From Patescibacteria group bacterium (lineage in GTDB: Bacteria; Patescibacteriota; Patescibacteriia; Patescibacteriales; UBA12465): DNA of 64,000 bases. Of this stretch, positions 55,617 to 64,000 are shown one piece after another. The stretch spans positions 5,183-69,182 of the forward strand of contig JBMOHE010000003.1 in assembly GCA_049318005.1 (NCBI GenBank). The letters are read 5' to 3'. The notes under the pieces were generated by a model. The model worked only from the letters and a program-made list of their open reading frames with translations, ran no database searches and had not been told where the DNA came from. The translations under genes were made by a program, and so were the position numbers. Every line of letters starts with the position of its first letter. The stretch's first letter is position 1.

Positions 55617-57324
55617 ACTTTTTCAAGCACGACGAAGTATTAAATTTGAAAATGGGCGCCTAACTATTACCCGGTGGCAGTATAGGCGTTTAAAAAAATT
55701 TTACATTCAGCATAAAACTAAATTTTTTTGGTTATTTTTATGTTTAATAGTTCAGTCTCTGCTGGAAATTTCTTTGCCAGTTTTTAGCTCGGTAATTGTA
55801 AAAGAAGTAAATATTTTTATTTACAATAAGCAAATTGTCTCATATCTTTCCGTTTTGTTTTTAGGTGTGGCTGTTTATTTAGTTAGTGCCTTTCTATATT
55901 TATTAGTCGAAAAAACTTTAATTATTCAGTTAATTAATGAGCTTAGAGAACATTGGTTCAAATTATTTTTGTATCGCGCACCCAATCGAACTAATAGTCG
56001 CGATAAAGCAAAATTATTAGCGAAGGTTACTTATCATTTTTCTTTGCTCCAGGTAAGTTTAGGTGCCTCTATAGGTGGCGCTCTACGCTGGACTATAAAC
56101 TTTTTTGTTCTTTTAGCCTTTGCTTTAACTAGTAGCTGGTCTTTAGTTTTTTATGTTTTGGCCAGCTCTATTTTTAGCATAATTTTGTTAGTAATTGGTT
56201 ATTATATTGGTTTGTATTATTTAAGTCGTGAAGCCTCGCTTTCTAGCGCTATTATTAGCCATATTTCTGAACAAGCTGACCAAGTTTCATTACTACAAAA
56301 TCAAGCTAGAGAGAAGGAATCAATAAACCAAATGCGTCGCCTTGTAGCTCTCGACTCCGTTCTTAAAATACGAAGAACTCTTTGGATGAATTATGGCAAT
56401 AAACTTATATATTCTTTAATTGTTATTTCGACAGTCTTAGTCATAGTTGTGCCTAGCATTTTTCCTGATATTAATTTCGCGTCACTTCTGTCAGGAATAG
56501 ATATATTTTTTGGCTTGATAGTCGCCTTGCTAATTCGACAGCTATATTTAGGACTGAGAATCGGCTTGAATGCAGTGCCAACGCAAATCGGCCTTTCTTT
56601 GTCATTGCCGCAGCCCGAAAGTCCGAGGGTAAGACTGGACAAGGTTGGAGAATTTAAGGAAATTGTTTTTAAATCAAAAAAGTTTAAATTGACCCCTGGC
56701 GGTAGTTATTTTAAAAACGTTGAAATACTATTTAAGTCTGGTTGCGCGTATTTATTTTTTGGCGAGCTTGGATCAGGAAAAAATCAATTAGCAAAAATTT
56801 TTAGTGGTCGCTCAATAGAAGAGGGGAAGCCCTGGATAATCAGGCTTAATGGAGAAAGATATCTATATAAAGAATGGCGTAGAGTTTCTCGTCGAGCTTT
56901 TTTTGTAAGTGGCAAGATTGCTGGCGGAGCATCGCTCGCTGAAATTATTTCCGGAGAAGCAAAGACGAAAATTAAATCCGAACAAATTGAAAAAATTTGT
57001 CTTCTTATAGAAGAAATACCGGCCTTAAACTTTTTAAATAATATTCCAAAATTAATTGCGGCCAATATTGATCAAACATCTTTTACGGAAGCGGAAAAAG
57101 TTTTAGTGGAACTAGCTTATTGTTTAATTAGGGAGCCAAATTTAATCGTTATTGATGACTCAGTTTTTTATTTACCTGACCCAAGAATTAAAGAGATGTT
57201 AGAAATATTAGCGCCTCGTTTAAAAAAATCAATTATAATTTTATTTTCAAGACATAAATTAGACTATTTAGACTTTACTAATATTTATGAAATCAACAAA
57301 AAGTTTTTTAAAGAAAATTCCTAG
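55567..57324 (+). CDS. ABC-exporter-like membrane protein with a degenerate nucleotide-binding domain (585 aa)
   Basis: A basic N-terminus and about 6 TM helices arranged like type-I ABC exporter TMDs. The C-terminal NBD has Walker A GELGSGKN (nt 56761-56784) and Walker B LIVIDD (57142-57159). FTEAE stands in place of the LSGGQ signature. The H-loop-like segment is SRHKL. It overlaps the RT by 50 nt. Confidence 0.75.
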   Translation: MSITWPTDGAKKSPRLKLFQARRSIKFENGRLTITRWQYRRLKKFYIQHKTKFFWLFLCLIVQSLLEISLPVFSSVIVKEVNIFIYNKQIVSYLSVLFLGVAVYLVSAFLYLLVEKTLIIQLINELREHWFKLFLYRAPNRTNSRDKAKLLAKVTYHFSLLQVSLGASIGGALRWTINFFVLLAFALTSSWSLVFYVLASSIFSIILLVIGYYIGLYYLSREASLSSAIISHISEQADQVSLLQNQAREKESINQMRRLVALDSVLKIRRTLWMNYGNKLIYSLIVISTVLVIVVPSIFPDINFASLLSGIDIFFGLIVALLIRQLYLGLRIGLNAVPTQIGLSLSLPQPESPRVRLDKVGEFKEIVFKSKKFKLTPGGSYFKNVEILFKSGCAYLFFGELGSGKNQLAKIFSGRSIEEGKPWIIRLNGERYLYKEWRRVSRRAFFVSGKIAGGASLAEIISGEAKTKIKSEQIEKICLLIEEIPALNFLNNIPKLIAANIDQTSFTEAEKVLVELAYCLIREPNLIVIDDSVFYLPDPRIKEMLEILAPRLKKSIIILFSRHKLDYLDFTNIYEINKKFFKENS

Positions 57325-58771
57325 AATTCCAAAACGGATAGTTTTAATTTTTTTTGGCGTTATTATTCTTGTCATGTTGATTGCAGCATCAGTTTTTTGG
57401 TTAATTGATAGTAGATTATTTAACAATAAGTACGCGCCAAAGTATTCAGAAGAAGCTCCTCGCAACCTTGAAGCGGAAATTTTATTTAATAATAAAGTTG
57501 GTGAGAGCGAATTTTCAGCCGCCTTTGTTGGTCTGATCAGGAGTGCAAGTTCAAGTATTGATTTAGCAATGTATTCTCTTGATTCGACTGAAATTAGAGA
57601 TGAACTTTATAAGGCTGCTAATCGTGGGGTGATTGTCAGAGCAGTCGTTTCTTCAAATAAAAGAACCCAATACAATAATTTATTTAAAGACAAGCCAGCT
57701 AATGTCTTCTTAAGTGAGGAAAATTTGGGCCCCAAACAGAACGGCTTTATGCATAATAAATATATTATTAGTGATGCAAATAGTAGTAAAAAGACAATGA
57801 TTACAGGGTCTTTTAACTCAACTCGTCTTCAGGAGTTATATGATCCGAGCTTCATATTTAAGACTTATGATGAGACTATGATTAAATACTACGGCCAAGA
57901 ATTTGAACGTCTATTTTCCGGGAAATCTGGTTTGGCTAAATTTAATGATAAAACTTATAGTGCTTGGCAGGCGGATTTGAATTATAAAAATGGAAAAATG
58001 GAAATTTGGTGGAGCCCTGGTTCTGGCGAGGTAACTATAAAAAAAAGAATGCTCGAGCTCATTTATCAGGCCGAGGAATCTATTGATATCATGATTTGGC
58101 AGACGACGGATAAAGAAATCTCTCAAGCTCTAATTGATAAAGCGGCTAGCGGTGTTAAGGTAAGAATTATTGCTGATGACTCTAACGCCTGGCTCGATGT
58201 TTCCGCGCTTCCCCAGATAGTCGCCGCCAGTTTAAATTCTAATAACTTAATTATTGTTGATGACGCGGCCAGAACAGTTGATTTTTTAAATGAGATATTT
58301 AAAGACTCTCTAGTCGATAAAAATAACTTTAATTCTTTTCTGCATCACCATGCTTTAATAATTGATAAGAAAATCTTAATTTCTGGGAGTGGAAACTGGA
58401 GTTATAGTGCTAATTTCAGTAATGATGAAAACACATTAATTACTACAGTGCCCGATTTAATTAAATTGTATCAAGACTCATTTGATTTTAATTTTAATAA
58501 GTTACATAAACAAAGTTTAGAATTCAAATTAAGTCAGGAAGAGATAATCCTTCCCAATTTGAATTCTTATCTTGGTTATAATCTAGTTTTATTAGGAGAA
58601 GATTCAAAATCAGCGCCTATGACCCAGATTTGTTCAAGTGAAATAATCAGACTTAATGAATTTAAAATAAAAATTCCTGAAAATTGTAAAAATAAAGCTT
58701 TAAATATTTTTATTATTAATTCAACTGGTGAAGTTGAGGCTAATCGCTTGATTGGAAAAATTAATATTTAG
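57287..58771 (+). CDS. Membrane-anchored PLD-superfamily protein (two HKD-type lobes; nuclease or phospholipase)
   Basis: Basic N-terminus plus a TM helix (IVLIFFGVIILVMLIAASVFWLI). HKD1 is HNKYIISD...GSFN (nt 57752-57775). HKD2 is HHHALIID...GSGN (nt 58343-58366), with His in place of Lys. It overlaps the ABC-like gene by 38 nt. Confidence 0.8.
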   Translation: MKSTKSFLKKIPRIPKRIVLIFFGVIILVMLIAASVFWLIDSRLFNNKYAPKYSEEAPRNLEAEILFNNKVGESEFSAAFVGLIRSASSSIDLAMYSLDSTEIRDELYKAANRGVIVRAVVSSNKRTQYNNLFKDKPANVFLSEENLGPKQNGFMHNKYIISDANSSKKTMITGSFNSTRLQELYDPSFIFKTYDETMIKYYGQEFERLFSGKSGLAKFNDKTYSAWQADLNYKNGKMEIWWSPGSGEVTIKKRMLELIYQAEESIDIMIWQTTDKEISQALIDKAASGVKVRIIADDSNAWLDVSALPQIVAASLNSNNLIIVDDAARTVDFLNEIFKDSLVDKNNFNSFLHHHALIIDKKILISGSGNWSYSANFSNDENTLITTVPDLIKLYQDSFDFNFNKLHKQSLEFKLSQEEIILPNLNSYLGYNLVLLGEDSKSAPMTQICSSEIIRLNEFKIKIPENCKNKALNIFIINSTGEVEANRLIGKINI

Positions 58772-58796
58772 TCTTGCGCTTTAAAGTTTCATAAAT

Positions 58797-58831
58797 AAAA
58801 AAACGAGACGATTAGTTCGTCTCGTTTTTTA
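58797..58831. terminator. Bidirectional terminator closing the RT operon (+) and clpP (-)
   Basis: aaaaaaacgagacga-ttagt-tcgtctcgtttttt. Confidence 0.8.
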
Positions 58832-58846
58832 TTTTATTTATAGATT

Positions 58847-59425
58847 TTATTTTTTGATTATTTTATCAATTATTCCGTAAGCCTTAGCTTCGTCAGCGCT
58901 CATATAGTAATCTCTATCGCTATCTTTCTCGACTATCTCCGGCTTTTTTCCAGTATGAGCGGCAATGATTTTATTTAGTCTATCTTTTGTCTTTAAAATA
59001 TGAGCAGCGTGAATTTTAATGTCTGACGCTTGCCCTTCGGTTCCGCCCATGACTTGATGAATCATAACTTCGCTATTTGGTAACGCAAAACGTTTTCCTG
59101 GTTCTCCGGCCGCTAATAGAACCGAAGCCATCGAAGCGGCCATGCCTATGCAAATAGTCGTGACTGGTGATTTTATATATTGCATGGTGTCGTAAATTGC
59201 TAAACCGGCCGAAACTGACCCCCCGGGGGAATTAATATAGAATTTAATGTCTTTATCGCTATTTTCGGCATCAAGGAAGAGAAACTGGGCAATTACGATA
59301 TTAGCAGTATGATCGTCGATTGCTTCGCCCAAAAAGATGATTCTATCCTTTAAAAGACGGGAATATATATCGTAAGCACGCTCTATTTGGCCCTCTTTTT
59401 CAATAACTGTAGGTATTAATGGCAT
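58847..59425 (-). CDS. clpP: ATP-dependent Clp protease proteolytic subunit
   Basis: INSPGGSV, active-site Ser in GMAASMAS, and His in MIHQ. Confidence 0.92.
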   Translation of the reverse strand: MPLIPTVIEKEGQIERAYDIYSRLLKDRIIFLGEAIDDHTANIVIAQFLFLDAENSDKDIKFYINSPGGSVSAGLAIYDTMQYIKSPVTTICIGMAASMASVLLAAGEPGKRFALPNSEVMIHQVMGGTEGQASDIKIHAAHILKTKDRLNKIIAAHTGKKPEIVEKDSDRDYYMSADEAKAYGIIDKIIKK

Positions 59426-59627
59426 ATTTTTACTTGTCCGCCTGGGGCGGATAATTATTTAATAACCCTATTATAAACAAAATACGCGTTTTTGTAAAGA
59501 TTTGTTGAGCTGTTTGGGTGCAGGGAGCTTGATTTTTATTTTTAACTATTCTAAGATTTTAGGGTCTGAAACTAATATAAAATAAATTCGACCATTTTTA
59601 GGTCGATTACATTTTTTTCATAATATT

Positions 59628-61178
59628 ATGTCATTTAAGCAAAAATTCTCGAAATTGTCTGAGCGGGCGAAAGCCGGGTGGATTTTAGGAATTATTATGA
59701 TTTTCGCAGTCATGGTTGCCTTAACCGTGGGTGGAAATATTTATAATAATTTTGCAAAAAATTTATCAAAAAAAACTAATCAAATTGTTTCTTTGCCACT
59801 TGTTACTGAAATTCCTTTCAGTCTTGGCTTAGATCTTCAGGGTGGTACTCATTTAGTTTATCAAGCTGATGTAAAAAATATTCCCGAAGCTGATAGAGCT
59901 GGGGCTTTAGAAGCAGCTCGTGATGTTATTGAGCGCCGAGTTAATGCTTTTGGCGTTAGTGAGCCGGTTGTTCAAGTAAATCAAGGCATAAATGGAGAAT
60001 ATCGTATTATTGCTGAACTAGCCGGAATTAAAGATGTTAATGAAGCGATTAAATTGATTGGTGAAACTCCTATTCTTGAATTTAAAGAACAGGGAACTGC
60101 CGTTGCAACAACGGGAACAACGTCATCTTCGACTGCTGAACTCACTCAAGATTGGAAGAACACGGAATTAACTGGAAAATATTTAAAGAGAGCTTCTTTA
60201 CAATTCAATCCTAATGATGGTTCACCTGAAGTTAATTTAGAGTTTAACGCTGAGGGGTCTAAAATGTTTGAAGAAATTACTGGCAGAAATATTGGCAAGC
60301 CAGTTGCTATTTTTCTTGATGGCTATCCTATTAGTGTGCCAACTGTTAATGATAAAATTACCGGTGGTTCAGCTAGCATCTCTGGACGCTTTAACGTTGA
60401 AGAAGCTAAACTTTTAGTTAAACGTTTAAATTCTGGAGCTTTGCCAGTTCCAATTAGTTTAATCTCTCAGAAAACTGTTGAAGCTAGTCTTGGCGCTAAA
60501 TCTATTGATAATAGCATGAAGGCGGGTTTAATCGGCTTGTTACTGGTTTCTATTTTCATGATTTTATATTATCGTCTACCAGGAGTCTTGTCAGTTTTAT
60601 CTTTATTAGTTTACGGCTTAACAGTTCTAGCTATTTTTAAAGCCTTGCCTGTTTGGTTAGCTTTAATTCTGGTTGTAACCATGATAGGTCTAATATTCTA
60701 TACTTTTAGTGAGCTTAAAATATTTAATGGAACTCTCGCTGTATTATTTTCAGTTATTGGGGTTTTATTATTCTTTTATGCTCAACAAGCAGTAACCTTA
60801 TCCTTATCTGGCGTCGCTGGGTTTATTCTTTCAATCGGCATTGCCGTTGATGCAAATATTTTAATCTTTGCTCGTACTCGAGAAGAATTAAAACTTGGGA
60901 AATCAGTTAGCCAGGCGATTGACAGTGGGTTTAAACGTGCTTGGCCATCAATTCGCGATGGTAACGTTTCGACTATTATTACTTGTTTAATTTTAATGTT
61001 CTTTGGAACATCTTCCGTTAAGGGTTTCGGAACAACCTTATTTATCGGTATTGCTGTATCTTTATTCAGTGCCATTGTTATCACCCATACTTTATTTGTT
61101 TTAATTCTAGGTGATTGGCTTGAAAAGAGAACTTGGCTACTTGGAGTTAAAAAAGCTAAGGTAGAAGAAAATAAATAA
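59628..61178 (+). CDS. secD: Protein translocase subunit SecD
   Basis: LGLDLQGG, a periplasmic P1 domain, and the C-terminal 6-TM bundle with GIAVDANILIF. Confidence 0.9.
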   Translation: MSFKQKFSKLSERAKAGWILGIIMIFAVMVALTVGGNIYNNFAKNLSKKTNQIVSLPLVTEIPFSLGLDLQGGTHLVYQADVKNIPEADRAGALEAARDVIERRVNAFGVSEPVVQVNQGINGEYRIIAELAGIKDVNEAIKLIGETPILEFKEQGTAVATTGTTSSSTAELTQDWKNTELTGKYLKRASLQFNPNDGSPEVNLEFNAEGSKMFEEITGRNIGKPVAIFLDGYPISVPTVNDKITGGSASISGRFNVEEAKLLVKRLNSGALPVPISLISQKTVEASLGAKSIDNSMKAGLIGLLLVSIFMILYYRLPGVLSVLSLLVYGLTVLAIFKALPVWLALILVVTMIGLIFYTFSELKIFNGTLAVLFSVIGVLLFFYAQQAVTLSLSGVAGFILSIGIAVDANILIFARTREELKLGKSVSQAIDSGFKRAWPSIRDGNVSTIITCLILMFFGTSSVKGFGTTLFIGIAVSLFSAIVITHTLFVLILGDWLEKRTWLLGVKKAKVEENK

Positions 61179-61189
61179 TAATTAATTAT

Positions 61190-62104
61190 ATGATTTATAA
61201 GATAATCCAAAAAAGAAAAATTTTCTTAACCCTATCAAGTCTAGCCGCTGCCGCTTCTATCTTCGCACTTTTTTTCTGGGGTTTGAATTTCGGTATCGAT
61301 TTTACAGGAGGAAGTTTGATGGAAGTCGAGTTTAGTAATTATAAACCTAGTGTTACTGAAGTTCAGGATAGCTTAAAAAATGTTGATCTTCATGGTTTAG
61401 TAATTCAGCCAACTGAAAATTCTGTTATTTTACGTTTTAAAGAAAATACGGAAGACGTCCATCAATTAGTTGCTAAAAATCTTCAGGAATTAGTTAAAAA
61501 TAAACAGGGGGCAAGCTTTAAGGAATTACAATTTGATTCAGTCGGCGCCTCTATTGGGCAAGAATTAAAAAGTAAATCATTCAATGCAACTGTGATTGTA
61601 TTTATAATGATTATTCTTTATATCTCCTGGGCGTTTAAAGGCGTATCTAAGCCAGTGGCTTCATGGAAATATGGCGTAGCTGCTATTATCGCCTTAATTC
61701 ATGATATTTTATTTATTCTCGGTGTGTTTTCAGTTCTTGGTCATTTTTATGGGATTGAAGTTAACACTCCGTTTATCGCCGCTGTTTTAACTGTGCTTGG
61801 TTATAGCGTAAGTGATACTATTATTGTATTCGATCGTATTCGTGAAAACTTACCGAAGAGCCATGAAGATTTTGAGAACACAGTTAATCGTAGCGTTAAC
61901 CAAACCTTAACCCGTTCAATTAATACCTCTTTCTCGGCTGTTTTAGCCCTACTAGCTATTTTATTCTTTGGTGGCAGTACTATTAAAGATTTTGCCCTTG
62001 CTCTAGCGATAGGTATTGCAGTTGGTACATATAGCTCTATCTTTATTGCTAGTCCAGTTCTTGTTGTTTGGGAGAAGTTAAAACAATCAAAAAAAATCGT
62101 TTAA
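61190..62104 (+). CDS. secF: Protein translocase subunit SecF
   Basis: GIDFTGG, HDILFILGVF, GYSVSDTIIVFDRIRE. Confidence 0.9.
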   Translation: MIYKIIQKRKIFLTLSSLAAAASIFALFFWGLNFGIDFTGGSLMEVEFSNYKPSVTEVQDSLKNVDLHGLVIQPTENSVILRFKENTEDVHQLVAKNLQELVKNKQGASFKELQFDSVGASIGQELKSKSFNATVIVFIMIILYISWAFKGVSKPVASWKYGVAAIIALIHDILFILGVFSVLGHFYGIEVNTPFIAAVLTVLGYSVSDTIIVFDRIRENLPKSHEDFENTVNRSVNQTLTRSINTSFSAVLALLAILFFGGSTIKDFALALAIGIAVGTYSSIFIASPVLVVWEKLKQSKKIV

Positions 62105-62120
62105 GAAAGACGAAAATATA

Positions 62121-62150
62121 AAAAAATGGGCTGTTTTCAGCCCATTTTTT
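62121..62150 (+). terminator. Rho-independent terminator after secF
   Basis: aaaatgggctg-tttt-cagcccatttt followed by more T. Confidence 0.8.
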
Positions 62151-62168
62151 ATTTGCTATAATAAGGAG

Positions 62169-64000
62169 ATGAAACATATTTTTAAATTGCGCGGGCGAGA
62201 AATAATTGATCTTTTAATAGAGTTTCTATACTTAGCGATAATTTTTATAGTTCCTTTGTATTTTTCTTTATTATTTCCGACGGAGAATATTTTTGAATTA
62301 AGCAAATCAGTTATTTTCAAAATTTTATTGTATCTAATTTTATTTTTATCTCTTATAAAATTAGCTTTTTATTATTCGGATGGAATTTTCAAGAACATTA
62401 AGAATAGCAAGGTACTCATAAAACTAAACAAACATCATTTGATTCCTGGCATTTTTATTTTAGGGTTAGGAGTTAGTCTTTTCTTCTCAATAAATTTGGC
62501 TCAGTCTTTTTTTGGTTCATATAGGAGTCAAGCAGGATATTTAAATTACTTGGCTTATTTTATCTGGTTTGTTCTGCTAGTTTTTAATATTAAAACAATC
62601 AATAACGAAATAAATGCAGATAACAAAAAAGAGTCCATTCAGAAAAAAATACAACATATTTTAATTACTATAACTTTGTCCGGTTTTTTGGTGGCCGTTT
62701 ATGGAATTTTACAAATTTTAGGAATAGATTTCTTAATATGGCAGGAGGATCCGATGCTAACTTTGAGAGCGGTTTCTACTTTTGGTCAACCAAATTTTTT
62801 AGCCTCATGGCTCTTACTGATTATCCCAATTAGTGCTTATTTAGTTTATGAGAGCAAAAATTTTTTAATTAGGTTTTTTTACCTTCTAGTTTTTTTCGCT
62901 CAATTAGCTTGTTTAATATCAACCTCGAGCCGTGGCGCTTTTGTTGCTTTAGCTATAGCAGCCCTTCTTTTAGGAGTTTATTTTATAAAATCTATAAATC
63001 TAAAGAGAGTTAATAAGATTTTTATTGGCCTGGCTTTATTAGTTATTTTCTTTTTGGGAATTATTGGGTTTAACCTCGTTTCACCTGGTCGCTTAAATAG
63101 TTTAAAGTCTTTTAATGAGGGAAGTTTGGCGGCGAGAATTAATTATTATTCTGCAGCCGTTGAGGCAATCGGATTAAGTCCGGTATTCGGTTATGGCTTA
63201 GAAAATAGCGAGCAAGTATTTATAAAATATTATCGAAGTGATTGGGGCATTTATGCTAAGGTTGGGACTTCAACTGATAGGGCTCATAATTTAATTCTCG
63301 ACATTCTTATGACGGTCGGTTTTTACGGTTTGATTTTGTTTGGTCTTTTATATTACTATCTTTTTCGTTTAGCCAAAGAAAATATTAAAGAAAAAAAATC
63401 TCCCTATTTATCGATTGCCATACTCTTTGGAGCTTTTGCTTATCTTATATCGCTAATGTTTAATTTTTCATTAGTCGCTGGTGAAATATATTTTTGGCTT
63501 TTTCTAGCTCTCTTATTGGTTATTAATTTGAGCTCAGAAAATAAAGATATAGTTGCTCTCAGTCATGAGGAAAGAAAGAGTCCGTCTAGTTTGGCAGTTA
63601 TTTTCATCGTTGGTTCATTTTTTCTTTCGGCATATTTAATTAATTATGAATTTAGAGTATTAAAAGCTGACCATTATTTTGGCGCGACTCATGAAAAGTT
63701 ATTAGATAGACAATATTATACCGCCCTTACTTTGTCTGAATACACAAATCAAGAAAAAACAAACCCAGTTAATCAAGAATATTACAATCGTATTCTAGCT
63801 AGTATTTTAAGCGACGCTTATGATAAAAAATTAGATTTAACGACAAAAATTGCTATTAAAAATAAACTAACAGACTTAGATAAAAAAATATTTGGTCCTG
63901 ACTATCAAAATATTTTAGTTAAAGCAAAAATTAGCGCCGCCTTAGATAATTTTCCGGAAGCAGAAAAATTATTTCAACAAGTAATAGCAATTAGCCCCTA
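62169..64000 (+). CDS. O-antigen ligase-like polytopic membrane protein with a C-terminal TPR-like extension; 3'-truncated by the window end (absent from the ORF track)
   Basis: Hand translation from the ATG at 62169 is stop-free to nt 64000. It has many TM helices, plus STSSRGAFVALA, GYGLEN and AHNLILDIL motifs typical of Wzy_C/O-antigen ligases. A helical repeat tail follows. Confidence 0.65.
   Translation, partial: MKHIFKLRGREIIDLLIEFLYLAIIFIVPLYFSLLFPTENIFELSKSVIFKILLYLILFLSLIKLAFYYSDGIFKNIKNSKVLIKLNKHHLIPGIFILGLGVSLFFSINLAQSFFGSYRSQAGYLNYLAYFIWFVLLVFNIKTINNEINADNKKESIQKKIQHILITITLSGFLVAVYGILQILGIDFLIWQEDPMLTLRAVSTFGQPNFLASWLLLIIPISAYLVYESKNFLIRFFYLLVFFAQLACLISTSSRGAFVALAIAALLLGVYFIKSINLKRVNKIFIGLALLVIFFLGIIGFNLVSPGRLNSLKSFNEGSLAARINYYSAAVEAIGLSPVFGYGLENSEQVFIKYYRSDWGIYAKVGTSTDRAHNLILDILMTVGFYGLILFGLLYYYLFRLAKENIKEKKSPYLSIAILFGAFAYLISLMFNFSLVAGEIYFWLFLALLLVINLSSENKDIVALSHEERKSPSSLAVIFIVGSFFLSAYLINYEFRVLKADHYFGATHEKLLDRQYYTALTLSEYTNQEKTNPVNQEYYNRILASILSDAYDKKLDLTTKIAIKNKLTDLDKKIFGPDYQNILVKAKISAALDNFPEAEKLFQQVIAISP

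Noticed and set aside
54158-55700. RT as a group II intron-encoded protein.
   Set aside because: Only about 245 nt precede the ORF, too short for domains I-III, and there is no GUGYG 5' end. The RT 3' end overlaps the next protein-coding gene, so there is no room for domains V/VI. No maturase/En-type C-terminal domain is recognisable.

Overview
This is an AT-rich, gene-dense bacterial chromosome segment with short intergenic gaps, several overlapping ORFs and many clear hairpin plus T-run terminators. The gene content points to a small-genome Patescibacteria/CPR-like organism: a compact housekeeping set, a truncated Rel, a short UvrA, a ComEC-type nuclease domain, a pilus ATPase and giant membrane-anchored Cys-rich secreted proteins. 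That assignment is inference only. Recognisable housekeeping genes are tRNA-Glu(UUC), uvrA, argS, glyQS, ndk, gyrA, mscL, rmuC, radC, ruvB, queA, lepB, hisS, rpsU, rel, clpP and secD/secF. There are also a patatin and PLD lipid-enzyme pair, an M16 peptidase, a UvrD-type helicase-nuclease fusion, two O-antigen-ligase-like proteins and a small Lys/Ala-rich histone-like gene missed by the ORF track. Three accessory blocks stand out. (1) At 54.16-58.83 kb, an extended -10 promoter and a ~190-nt highly structured non-coding RNA sit directly upstream of a reverse transcriptase. The RT ORF overlaps a degenerate ABC-exporter-like membrane ATPase, which in turn overlaps a membrane-anchored two-HKD PLD protein. 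I consider this a candidate undescribed RT-based (retron-like or UG/DRT-like) system and the top finding. (2) At 38.5-54.2 kb lies a surface-protein island. Two giant proteins (930 and 1968 aa) carry paralogous VirB2/TrbC-like two-helix pilin modules fused to Cys-rich Ig/IPT/FN3 ectodomains. A 1494-aa Cys-rich protein has an embedded pseudopilin-like domain, and several small anchored proteins carry Ca-binding DxDxDG repeats. (3) At 6.4-11.5 kb (minus strand), an operon encodes a 1003-aa tandem-duplicated PilB/GspE ATPase followed by a translin-family protein and a phosphoesterase. No CRISPR array, transposase or integrase was seen.
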